From positions 1-60,773 of the forward strand of contig CAZRBB010000006.1 in NCBI GenBank assembly GCA_964598205.1: a stretch of DNA of 60,773 nt, in the 5' to 3' direction. This document shows positions 46,668-55,987 of the stretch, piece after piece. This DNA is from an uncultured Candidatus Saccharibacteria bacterium (GTDB taxonomy: Bacteria > Patescibacteriota > Minisyncoccia > CAIUEV01 > JAHKAQ01). Numbering within the stretch: the stretch's first letter is position 1; the number at the start of each line of letters is the position of its first letter. Made by a program: the position numbers and the translations under genes. The notes beneath the pieces were generated by a model that was not told the DNA's origin, searched no databases, and saw only the letters and a program-made list of their open reading frames with translations.

Positions 46668-47750
46668 ATGCCACAAAATAAATACGAAAAAATTAGCCAG
46701 GAACAGAAACCAGGATTAAATGCCGAGGCCACAAAAAAAATTGTACAGGAAGAAGTACCAGCTGAATTAGAATTACCATCTACAAAAGAAGTGCCAGTCG
46801 CCGACAAACCAGAGGAGATTACGGAAGAAACGCTAACCGAATCAGAATTGCCAAGCATAAAAGAGGTGCCAGTCAAAGAAGAAATGCCGGTTAATAAACC
46901 AGAAATAATTACGGAAGAAACACCCTTAAAAGAAGCGATTGAAAAAGAAGAGATGGTTGAAAATGGAGAAAAAAAACCTGATAAAGGCGAAGCGGTTGCC
47001 GAAAAAAAGGAAACCTCAGCTCAAGAGCAAGTTCTTGGTGAAATCAAAGACGAAATCGGGGAGCTAGCTAAAGCAATAGACAAAAATCCTCATGTTAATA
47101 CAAGGCCCTGGGTTAAAAAAATAGCAATTGCCTTTCTTTTAATGACCGGTGGCACCACGCTCACCACGGCGATGGATGGTTATTTAGCAAAAGCCCAAGA
47201 AGGAACCGGGGATAATGAAAAGGCAACCGTTCAAACAGATACTAGGAATTACGCCGACGAAGCTTTTTCAGATATTAAAAAAATTTTTACCGGAAGCGAG
47301 GCCGAAGCCGGTAGTAGAAATAATGGAAACGCGCTGCAAAAATCTTGGGAAAAATCACTAGCTAAAAGTATGGAAAGAATGATGGATGCACAAACCAAAG
47401 GCGCAGCTAGAAGCATGGAAAGAAACGCCGAGAGAGGGTTTAGCAGAACGGGAATGACAGTTAAGGAGGAAGACGAGGCCAGAAAGGATGCTGAAAGAAG
47501 AAGGAAGGAACAGCTAAAATATTATCAGGGAGAAAGAGGTGGTCATCAGAGAGATAGCGGAGCTTATTACAAACAGGAAGTAAAAGAAGCACAAGCCATT
47601 CAAAAGCAAAGAGTGGCCGCTCTAAAGGATTATCAGCAAGATTTAAAGAAGGCTAAAAATTCCAGAGAAATGGAAATGGCTGAGCTTAGATACCAAAAAA
47701 TGTTACAAGCAATAGATTCAATGGAGCAAATAACGAATCAAGGGCGTTGA
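46668..47750 (+). CDS. Hypothetical protein: acidic repeat N-terminus, internal TM/signal-like segment, coiled-coil C-terminus
   Basis: ELPS(T/I)KEVPV and KPE(E/I)ITEET duplicated; IAIAFLLMTGG..AKA/QE. Confidence 0.7.
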   Translation: MPQNKYEKISQEQKPGLNAEATKKIVQEEVPAELELPSTKEVPVADKPEEITEETLTESELPSIKEVPVKEEMPVNKPEIITEETPLKEAIEKEEMVENGEKKPDKGEAVAEKKETSAQEQVLGEIKDEIGELAKAIDKNPHVNTRPWVKKIAIAFLLMTGGTTLTTAMDGYLAKAQEGTGDNEKATVQTDTRNYADEAFSDIKKIFTGSEAEAGSRNNGNALQKSWEKSLAKSMERMMDAQTKGAARSMERNAERGFSRTGMTVKEEDEARKDAERRRKEQLKYYQGERGGHQRDSGAYYKQEVKEAQAIQKQRVAALKDYQQDLKKAKNSREMEMAELRYQKMLQAIDSMEQITNQGR

Positions 47751-47787
47751 TTCTAAGATTTAAGGGCTTACGCGTTTAAACAAAAAA

Positions 47788-49455
47788 TTAGTCAAGATAG
47801 TTTTTAACAGTGCACAAGAATTTGTCTTTTAATTTTACCTCCTGATAAGTTAGTGTCGAATTGTCTTCTCGGTTAATAATGGTGGTTTTCTCTTCTCCAA
47901 AAAGATCAATTAATGTTTTTAGGATCAAGGGGTTTGATGTGTTGGTTTTTATGATTCTTATCCCCTCTTGCTTAACTTCTTGAACGATTCTTTTAAAAAG
48001 AACTGTTAATATTTTTTTATTCCAAATTGGTCCATTCCCCCAAGGAGTCTTCAGTTTATTAATATCAAAAATATTCTCATCTTCTATTGCCACAAAATTA
48101 CCGCTTATCGAAATAATATTAGAAAATCGGACAATAAGTTTCTTTTGCTTAACTACTTCTGGAGTAATCTCTTGAACTATCTTTAATTGTTGCTCCGCTG
48201 TTAGAACATCCTCCTTTATTTTATCTGGATAAAGTAAGTGGTAAAAAAGGGGTTTGGGTGGAAGTTCTTTTTTTTGAATTATTCCCTTTATTTCTGTGGC
48301 GGCTCTTTTTCCGCAGTTTCCGTCATTGTAAGAAAATAGATTTTCGCGAATCTTTTTTCTCTCTTTGCGGTAAAAAGAATCTTGATCCAAAAGGGCTTTA
48401 TTAAGAGCCAGTGATAATTCTCCTGGACTATTAATTGTTATTACCTGGCCTTCTTTTTTTATTAACTGCTCAATGCTACCAGAATAAGTAAGCGGTCCTG
48501 ACCAGCCGCGCCGATAAGATTTAACTTTTTTAAAATCAGTATCTAGGAAATCTTTAGACCAAAAATCAGCAACCACAATTGGCTTGTCGGCCAAAATAGT
48601 ATCAAAAATAACGCTGGAATTGTCACTTAGAACAACATCGGCAATCCCTAAGAGAACTAAAAGATCGGTAGAATCATCAAATTTTAGAATTTCTTTTTGG
48701 GAGAATTTGTGCAATCTCTCCTTTTCTTCGTAGACATTGTAGTAGTGGAATTTTATTAAAACATTAAATTTACTGGTCATTTCTCTTAGATTTTCAGCGA
48801 TCAAATCAATAGAAGAGAGATCGCTATGAGTAGGAAGATAGAGCAATGTTTTTTTTAAAGGATCTAGCTGGTTTTTAATTTTTTCTATTAATTCTTGGTC
48901 TAGATTTTTAGAAAACCAGTCGTCGAATTTAGGATTACCAACAACAGCAGAAGAAGTGTATTGAGAGAAAATTGATTGGTCGCGGACTCCATAGGCCAAA
49001 ATTAAATCGAAATTTGCTTTCCAAAATCCAAAAGTGGTGAGCTCTTTGCCACAACCGTAAGGTAGGTGAATCTGTTTTCTATTTTCCCAAACACACGGAA
49101 TCTTTAGGCAACCTCTCCTCCAAACAGAAACTAGAGCTTGATATTTAGAAAAGAATCGCTCTAAAAAACTTAAGTCAAAATAGTCGTTATAATTAAGGAC
49201 TCTAAAATAAACTTTTTCTCTGACCAAGAGAGAAATTAAATTGTCTAATAGATAGGTTGGTTGTTTGACTGGGAAAAAACATCCTAAATCCACAATGAAT
49301 TCCGCTTCTTTAGTTAAATGGCGGTAAATATTTTTGTAAACATAAAATTGGAATGGGTAAACAATCACAAATCCCAAAATAGCTTGGGGGTTGGGATTGT
49401 CTTTGATTTCTTTTTGCTCAAAAGAAACCAAGCTGTTATCTTCTTTGGTAATCAT
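47788..49455 (-). CDS. CDP-glycerol glycerophosphotransferase-family protein (TagF-like)
   Basis: VGNPKFD, LLYLPTH, IKFH, DVVLSDNSSVIFD..KPIV, DGNCGKRAA. Confidence 0.85.
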   Translation of the reverse strand: MITKEDNSLVSFEQKEIKDNPNPQAILGFVIVYPFQFYVYKNIYRHLTKEAEFIVDLGCFFPVKQPTYLLDNLISLLVREKVYFRVLNYNDYFDLSFLERFFSKYQALVSVWRRGCLKIPCVWENRKQIHLPYGCGKELTTFGFWKANFDLILAYGVRDQSIFSQYTSSAVVGNPKFDDWFSKNLDQELIEKIKNQLDPLKKTLLYLPTHSDLSSIDLIAENLREMTSKFNVLIKFHYYNVYEEKERLHKFSQKEILKFDDSTDLLVLLGIADVVLSDNSSVIFDTILADKPIVVADFWSKDFLDTDFKKVKSYRRGWSGPLTYSGSIEQLIKKEGQVITINSPGELSLALNKALLDQDSFYRKERKKIRENLFSYNDGNCGKRAATEIKGIIQKKELPPKPLFYHLLYPDKIKEDVLTAEQQLKIVQEITPEVVKQKKLIVRFSNIISISGNFVAIEDENIFDINKLKTPWGNGPIWNKKILTVLFKRIVQEVKQEGIRIIKTNTSNPLILKTLIDLFGEEKTTIINREDNSTLTYQEVKLKDKFLCTVKNYLD

Positions 49456-49468
49456 ATTTTTGGGAATC

Positions 49469-50148
49469 TTAAGATTTTATTTTTTGCCTAACTTCGGCTA
49501 AATCTTGGGGAAAATCAATTTCTTTGCAAAAAGCTTTCTCAATGTCTACCGGCTTCATTTTAAAACTTTTTTTTAAAAACAAAAGTTCTAAGGCTTGTTC
49601 AAAATAATCTCCATCATTGATTCCTAAAAGTTCTTCTTTGAAAATACCCAGATCGTTCTTTTGAATAAAATAAGCTCCCAAGGACTCCCCTTCTGCTTTC
49701 TTTATTTTTTTAGAAATTCTTGCTAAATAGCCTTCATCACCAAGCAAATATTTCATTTCTTCTCTGCCACATTCCTTTTTATCTACCAAACAGGCATTGC
49801 TTTTTTTTCTAATAATTTTCCCAATAGCCCTTTTTCAAAAAAGACATCTCCGTTTAGCCAAAGAATATCTTCTTCTAATTGATTGACTCCCAAAAGAAGA
49901 CTCTTCCCCGTCTGGGTTCTGGCGTAATTTTCGTTATAAAGAAACTTTAAAAAAGAATATTGATGTGTGAATAATTCTTTTTTATAGCCAGCAATAACAA
50001 TAATCTCCTCTTTTTTAATCCCTGCCTCCACTAATCTTTCTATTTGAAAATCTAAAATAGTTTTTGATTTTTTTAGTGGCACTAAAGCTTTGGGTAGTCC
50101 GGCACCTAAACGACAACCCATGCCTGCAGCTAAAATTATAGCTTTCAT
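49469..50148 (-). pseudogene. LicC-like phosphocholine/NTP cytidylyltransferase split by a frameshift at an A8 run
   Basis: ORF 49783-50148 (MKAIILAAGMG, NGDV) and ORF 49469-49789 (EEMKY, GES, YFE, EIDFPQDL); one extra A at 49801-08 gives a continuous 226-aa protein. Confidence 0.8.
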
Positions 50149-50171
50149 TATTTTAATGTTTGTTTTTGAAA

Positions 50172-51101
50172 TTAAACAGAAGCCGAAGAAAGTAAAGATT
50201 TTATTTCTTTTTTAATTGCATTCACACAATCAGCGCAACTACCATTCTTGATTTGGTTTTTTACCAAAGCATACTTTCTAAATTCAATAAAAGCTGGCAT
50301 TTTTTTTTCGTAGACATCTTGAAAATCTTTTAACTCCCCTAGCTTAATTGGTTCAGCAAAAATACAAGGATGAATTCCAGTAGCGGAAAGACAAAAATTC
50401 TTCCCCTCTAGTCTTGAACAATTCAGGAGATCGGCTTGTTCTTTACCAGGAGGACTGATTACAACCTTCCCTTTATATTTTTCTATTTCTCCCAATAAAG
50501 ATTCGTAGACTGGTGTTAAACTTTTTCCTTGGCGCCTATTCTTGTAATCAACTTCATTTTGAAAATTAAGATTGACTGCTCCTAACGATTCAACGAAGCT
50601 AAAAAATCGGCTAAAGTCACCTTTTTTAGCTAGATTTTCTCCAGACAAAACACAAGTTACGCGCAAATTATGACCGCCTTTGGCAATTAACCTGATTGCT
50701 TCTACTGCTTTATCAAAAGAAGTTCCCTTTCGCATTTTTTCGTGTTCTTCTTTTTTATCGCTGTCTAGGCTCACAGAAAAACTAATTTCTCCTTTAGTGT
50801 TTTCTTCTATAAACTCCAGCCATTCTTTGTTAAAAAGGATTCCGTTAGTTTCAAAAAGAATATTCCATTTTAATTCCTTAATAACCCTGAACAATTCTTT
50901 TAATTGCGAGTACAAAAGAACTTCACCGCCTGTTAACCCCATGCTCCGGTAGCCCAGCTGGTGCGCTTCTTTCATTATTTTTTCTAATTTTGGAAGAGGA
51001 ATTTCTGCCTTTGATTTTTTGCGCAAACAGTAGGCACATTTTAAGTTGCACTTATTAGTTACGATTACGGCAAGGTGGGGATTTCCAAATTTAGGAGGCA
51101 T
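50172..51101 (-). CDS. Radical SAM protein with Twitch/SPASM-like tail
   Basis: CNLKCAYC, TGGE, ETNG, SLDS; C..GIHPC..CADC. Confidence 0.92.
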   Translation of the reverse strand: MPPKFGNPHLAVIVTNKCNLKCAYCLRKKSKAEIPLPKLEKIMKEAHQLGYRSMGLTGGEVLLYSQLKELFRVIKELKWNILFETNGILFNKEWLEFIEENTKGEISFSVSLDSDKKEEHEKMRKGTSFDKAVEAIRLIAKGGHNLRVTCVLSGENLAKKGDFSRFFSFVESLGAVNLNFQNEVDYKNRRQGKSLTPVYESLLGEIEKYKGKVVISPPGKEQADLLNCSRLEGKNFCLSATGIHPCIFAEPIKLGELKDFQDVYEKKMPAFIEFRKYALVKNQIKNGSCADCVNAIKKEIKSLLSSASV

Positions 51102-51117
51102 AAAAATATGTTTATTT

Positions 51118-54084
51118 TTATCTTTCGTTAAACGCTTCGGAAGGAATAGTATCTAAGAAATTAAAATAATCCCTCATTGGTCTTTCTGGAGAAAAAGCCC
51201 AACGACCTTTAATTTGCAAAAGCTTAATATCATTTAAATTAAACTTTTTAAAACTCTTTCCATTGTTCATGCTTTTAAGCAAAAAATCAACTTGCTCTTT
51301 TATACTAGAAAAACACGATAGATCTCCAGGAACAAAAGCCTGAAAATCATCTGTTGTTCCGACTAAGCCAAGTTTTAAATCGTGACCCATATTTTTTAGT
51401 TCTTCCACATTTTGAGCTTTTATCTCTTTTTCTTCTTCTATTAAATAAACAAAAAAAGATAAGCTCCCCAGCTCGGAAAGCCAAATAGGCTTATGTAGGG
51501 AAAAAGAGGAGCAATCATCGGTGATTCTTGGGGTTTCTTTTAAGGCTCTGTTAACGCAATTAAGAACACCATTTAGATAATTCTTTTTATCATTAGAAAA
51601 ATTGCTAAAAGCAAATCCCCTTTTTCTATTAAACCAGCACCCTCTTCTTAATTCTCTTTTATTGATCAAAACAGCGACTCTTCCCTTTTTAACTAAATAT
51701 TTTTTTAAAAACGGTAAGTAACCAAAGCTCCCCCGTTCATCAAAAAGTAAAAAAGGAGTTCTCTTAAAATCAGAAAAAAGAAGTGCGGTAGCCGTATCTT
51801 TGGCGAGTTTGGCAATTTCTATCTCGCTCCTTTTTAAATGTTGAAGATCTTCTTTTTCTATCTCTTCCTTTTCTTCTAGGTAATCTTCTTTTATTTCTTC
51901 TAATCCGGAATAACTCCGGTGATAAACTGGGGAACCATATTTCTTGTACTGATCTTCTTTTTCAAAAGACACTTCTTCTTTCTTTATTTGATCCAGAGAA
52001 GCTATGCAATTATAAGGAATGCCGGCGACATTGCCAAAGTTAAGCTTGGACCCACTGCCAATAACTACTAGGGCTTTTACCAAAATGATTCCATTTTTTT
52101 CAGTAAACTCTTTGGCCCTAGCAATGGTTCTTCCCTTGTTGGTTATATCATCTATAAAAATCGCTTTTTGACCCCGAAAATTACGACTGCCCTCTATTTG
52201 CAAACAAAGATCCCCCATTTTACCTTCTTTTCTAATATAGCAAACTTCTAATTTTTCTCTTGGGAAAAAAACATCGTTTAAGGCTAGAATCGCCCCCATT
52301 ATTGGGAAGCTAGAGGTTTCAAAGCCTATTAAAAGCCTAGGCTGGGACTTGATTTTTCTAATATAATCTAAAAATATTTTGGCAATCAAAGAAATCGGCC
52401 GATCGTACCCAAATATTTCCCGAACATCCATCATGAATGAATTTTCGTTTCCCGGCACTTTCTGGCCATTCTCTACTAAATAATATCTTTCATAAGTTTT
52501 AATCTTATCCGAAAATTCATCTTTTTTAACAAAATAATTAAGTTTGACTGCATACTGTCTTAAATAGTAGAGGACTTCTTTTTCTAGGGCTTCGGTGTTC
52601 CAAGGTGGAGGTAGTAATTCCTTGTCTTTATTGCTTAAGCTAAAATAGCCATTCTCTTTGTGTTCAATGTTTTTTAAGAAAAAATTGGCATTATTCTCCG
52701 CACTTCGATAATCAAAAAAACTTCTTTTCTTTTCCTTGTCTAAAAGGAAAGGAAATAAAAATAAATCTTTTCTGTAAGAAAAAATATTTACTCCTACTCC
52801 CATTTGGAAAAATGGGTTTCCTTTTTCCTCAAAGGAATAGAAAATGGGCTTATTATTTTTAATTTCTGCTGGACAACAATGAACTCCTGAACCAAGAACA
52901 ATATCTACCCCCGACTTGGTAAGAAAATCGGCAAAATCCTGATGTTTTTTTTCAATATTGGCCTCTCCTGCTCCCCAGCGACAAAAAACAATCAATGTTT
53001 TTGCCTCTTTTTTAAACTGCTCAATCTTTTCTTTGAGGTGTGGTTTTTTTTCTTCTTCTTGATATTCGGAATAATTCAAATCCCAAAAACCGATCCTACT
53101 CTGTGCTATTTCTTTGACAATTATCCCCTTACAAGCCAAGGAACTAACAGAAGGATCGTTTAGCTCTTTTATTTTTATTTTCCTATTAAAATAATCAAAG
53201 AATCGACCATTTTCTAGAACCCAGAAAAAACGATGATCGTAAAGAACAATTAGATCCACTCCAATAAAAGTTCTAAAAAAGGCGGGAGAAAAGTCTTGAG
53301 AGAAAAAATCCTGATTATTTTGATTGAAGTAACAAATAACAGAGACTGCTCTTGGGGAGGAATATTTTTCTCCTTTCTTAAAAATAGAATTCAAATAACT
53401 GACCGAGCTTTCCGTGGTTAATCCTTCCCCCAAAAAAGCCGAGTTGCTTTTTCTTATTTTAACCTTAAAAAAGTTTCCTTTTTCTAAATATTTTAAGAGA
53501 AAATATAGAGATTTATTACTATCCCCTTCTATTTTTTGAATTTTATCAAAATCAAAACTCCTAATAGCCGAAGCGCTTATTTGATCGTGAAAATAAGCAA
53601 TTTTTCTTTGCGAATAATGAGAAAAATCAATGCTGGCAACTACTAAAACCTTTTTCTTTTGCGACTCGGCAAAAATAATCTCTGCTAATTGGTCTAGTTT
53701 TTCCCTAGAGCAATCTCTTTTAAAAACCAATGGGACAATTTTTGTATTTGGAAAGTAAATTTTAATTCTACCCGTAAGTGCAAAAATGGAATGTTCTCTG
53801 TAAAAAGTTGCTTCTTCTCTTTGGCAAATTTCCCTTGCTACCAATTTTTTTGCCAGCTCTTGATCTACTTCTAGTATTCCATAATCTGTTTTAAAGGAAT
53901 CAAAAGCCGTTTGGATTTCACCATTACCCAGGCCAAAATGGTTTGGCCCCGCAATTACTACAAGGTCGTATTCTTTTTCTGCCAAGGAAACTTCCTTAAA
54001 AAAGCCATCAATCAATGACTTAGCTATTGGAATATGGTGACAAACAATCCCTCCACCAACTTGTGGCTCTAGCTTATTGTTCAT
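51118..54084 (-). CDS. Fusion: MEMO (AmmeMemoRadiSam B) - CapA-like - PRTase - AMMECR1 (AmmeMemoRadiSam A); likely start 54084
   Basis: GIVCHH, IAGPNH, REHS, ASIDFSHY; WGAGE..GVDIVLGSGVH; FIDDITNKGRT; ELRRGCW..ETPRI..FVPG. Confidence 0.8.
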   Translation of the reverse strand: MNNKLEPQVGGGIVCHHIPIAKSLIDGFFKEVSLAEKEYDLVVIAGPNHFGLGNGEIQTAFDSFKTDYGILEVDQELAKKLVAREICQREEATFYREHSIFALTGRIKIYFPNTKIVPLVFKRDCSREKLDQLAEIIFAESQKKKVLVVASIDFSHYSQRKIAYFHDQISASAIRSFDFDKIQKIEGDSNKSLYFLLKYLEKGNFFKVKIRKSNSAFLGEGLTTESSVSYLNSIFKKGEKYSSPRAVSVICYFNQNNQDFFSQDFSPAFFRTFIGVDLIVLYDHRFFWVLENGRFFDYFNRKIKIKELNDPSVSSLACKGIIVKEIAQSRIGFWDLNYSEYQEEEKKPHLKEKIEQFKKEAKTLIVFCRWGAGEANIEKKHQDFADFLTKSGVDIVLGSGVHCCPAEIKNNKPIFYSFEEKGNPFFQMGVGVNIFSYRKDLFLFPFLLDKEKKRSFFDYRSAENNANFFLKNIEHKENGYFSLSNKDKELLPPPWNTEALEKEVLYYLRQYAVKLNYFVKKDEFSDKIKTYERYYLVENGQKVPGNENSFMMDVREIFGYDRPISLIAKIFLDYIRKIKSQPRLLIGFETSSFPIMGAILALNDVFFPREKLEVCYIRKEGKMGDLCLQIEGSRNFRGQKAIFIDDITNKGRTIARAKEFTEKNGIILVKALVVIGSGSKLNFGNVAGIPYNCIASLDQIKKEEVSFEKEDQYKKYGSPVYHRSYSGLEEIKEDYLEEKEEIEKEDLQHLKRSEIEIAKLAKDTATALLFSDFKRTPFLLFDERGSFGYLPFLKKYLVKKGRVAVLINKRELRRGCWFNRKRGFAFSNFSNDKKNYLNGVLNCVNRALKETPRITDDCSSFSLHKPIWLSELGSLSFFVYLIEEEKEIKAQNVEELKNMGHDLKLGLVGTTDDFQAFVPGDLSCFSSIKEQVDFLLKSMNNGKSFKKFNLNDIKLLQIKGRWAFSPERPMRDYFNFLDTIPSEAFNER

Positions 54085-55039
54085 CTGTAAAATCAAATGA
54101 TTTTTTAGAAAAAAAGTTAGAAAAGGCCAAAGAGCAAGACCAACAATCTCCATTTACATATTCGTCTCCCGTTAAAGCTGCCCTCCTTAAGCTTCCAAGG
54201 CCGGAGACAAAAGAAAAATCAGTGGCAAAGGCCTCTTTGAATCCACAGACCACACATTCTTCCTGGTAAAGGCAGGGATGGAATCCACGAGAAGAAAAAG
54301 TTAGGGCTTTATTGGTTTCTTCTATTTTGGAACAAAAAATCTTATCTCTTATTCCGTAGGTGGTGGGAATATTTATTAAATTTTTATATTTATTACTCAG
54401 AACACTTGCTCTAGAAGAAAAATCAATCATTTCGTTAACCGTTAGGGAATGTTCGCCCCCCTTGTTTCTCCCCAGAGTAACTATTGGGGAAAAAATACAA
54501 TTCGCTGCTCCTTTTTTGATTAAAAAAAGTGCAAAATTTTCCAACTCAACAGTTGGGGGATTATTTAATCGATTAATAACCGTATTTACCGAAAAAGAAT
54601 TACCCCTTTCCTTTAAAATGGAGAGCATTTTAATTGCCTTTTTAAAACTACCAGTACCCCTAAAAAAATCATGAACCTTTTCCTTGTAGCTATCCAAGCT
54701 GACCAAGAAAGAGATCCGAGAAGCAGGGATTAGCCCGAAGAGAGGATGTTTAATGAGTTTTTCAAAGTTCATACCGTTCGTTTCTATAAAAATGGAGAAA
54801 TTTTTTAGAGCAAGAAATTCTAAAATTTCAAAGAATTGTGAGTGGAGAGATGGTTCCCCGCCGGTTAAGGAGCAAGATTTTTTTAATCCAGAAACATCCA
54901 CCTTCCTTGCAATCCTTTTAATCATTTCAAAAGGAACTTCGTCGCTCTTGGAGCTATCGGCCTTGCGTAAACAATAAGTGCAATGCAAGTTGCATTTCCG
55001 AGTTAAGATGATATTAAGAGAAGAAACGGAAAAATCCAT
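54074..55039 (-). CDS. Radical SAM protein with Twitch/SPASM-like tail (paralogue of 50172)
   Basis: CNLHCTYC, TGGEP, ETNG, SLDS..D.FRGTGSF; C..GFHPC..CWSC. Confidence 0.92.
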   Translation of the reverse strand: MDFSVSSLNIILTRKCNLHCTYCLRKADSSKSDEVPFEMIKRIARKVDVSGLKKSCSLTGGEPSLHSQFFEILEFLALKNFSIFIETNGMNFEKLIKHPLFGLIPASRISFLVSLDSYKEKVHDFFRGTGSFKKAIKMLSILKERGNSFSVNTVINRLNNPPTVELENFALFLIKKGAANCIFSPIVTLGRNKGGEHSLTVNEMIDFSSRASVLSNKYKNLINIPTTYGIRDKIFCSKIEETNKALTFSSRGFHPCLYQEECVVCGFKEAFATDFSFVSGLGSLRRAALTGDEYVNGDCWSCSLAFSNFFSKKSFDFTDEQ

Positions 55040-55092
55040 TTTGATTTTAAAATTTACTTTTGCTTTTCTATTAAAAATTATATAATCCGAAA

Positions 55093-55983
55093 ATGCAAGA
55101 AACTAATGACCAAAAAAGAATACTGGAACTAGATTTAACAAGTGTTGGCCATTTTAACGACCTTTTTTTTGGAGTTAAGGAAAAACATTTTGTCTCCTCG
55201 GCTAAACTCTTTGATTTTATTACCCAAAAAAAAGGTTCCTTGAATATTACCACAATTCTTCTTCGAGGATCTGGAGAACCAATGTTCCATCCCGATTTTA
55301 AAAAAATCGTTCGTTTTATTCAAAAAGAAAATATCGGCTTAAATATCTTTACCTTTCCTTATTTACTTAGTGATTATCAAAAAATATTAGGGGAATCATT
55401 TTCTTTGGTTGATTTCTCCTTTTATGTTTACCCCAACAGTGACTATGCCAAAGACTGGACTTTTCACTCTTCTTTTTTAAATGGAGAAAATCAATCACTC
55501 TTTAACCAAATCAGAAAACCATCTTTGTTTTATCTTTTAAACGAAAAGACAAGAGACTGCTTAGATGACTTTATTTGGGAAACAAGCAAAAGAGGTCTTA
55601 CTTTTAATATTTTACGACCAATGGAGAAAGAAAGCATTGTTTCTTCTGGCTTATTATCTAAAGCCAAGAGTCGATTTAAAAAGAATAATATTCATTTGAA
55701 TATTCAATGGGAAGATGGAAAAAATCCTAACTGCCTCTGTTCTTACTTTAGAGATCAAAGAATTTTTATGAATTGTGATAGTCAATTTTCTGTTTGCCAC
55801 TTTCTGCCTTTTTCAGACAAATACACTTTTTCGCCACTAGAAATTAAAGAAAATAATTCAGCGGCCAGTAATTTTTACTCTTTAATAAAAGAAAAAAGGG
55901 AAGAAGAGCGGAAAAAATATTTTATGAATAAAAAATATTTTTGTAGCCCTTGCGATATCTGTTTAAAGGTTTGTAGCAAGTAA
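55093..55983 (-). CDS. Degenerate radical-SAM-fold protein (no CxxxCxxC; auxiliary Cys retained)
   Basis: LELDLTSVGHF where CxxxCxxC is expected; GSGEPMFHPDF; CLC..VC..CSPCDIC tail. Confidence 0.7.
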
Positions 55984-55987
55984 AAAA

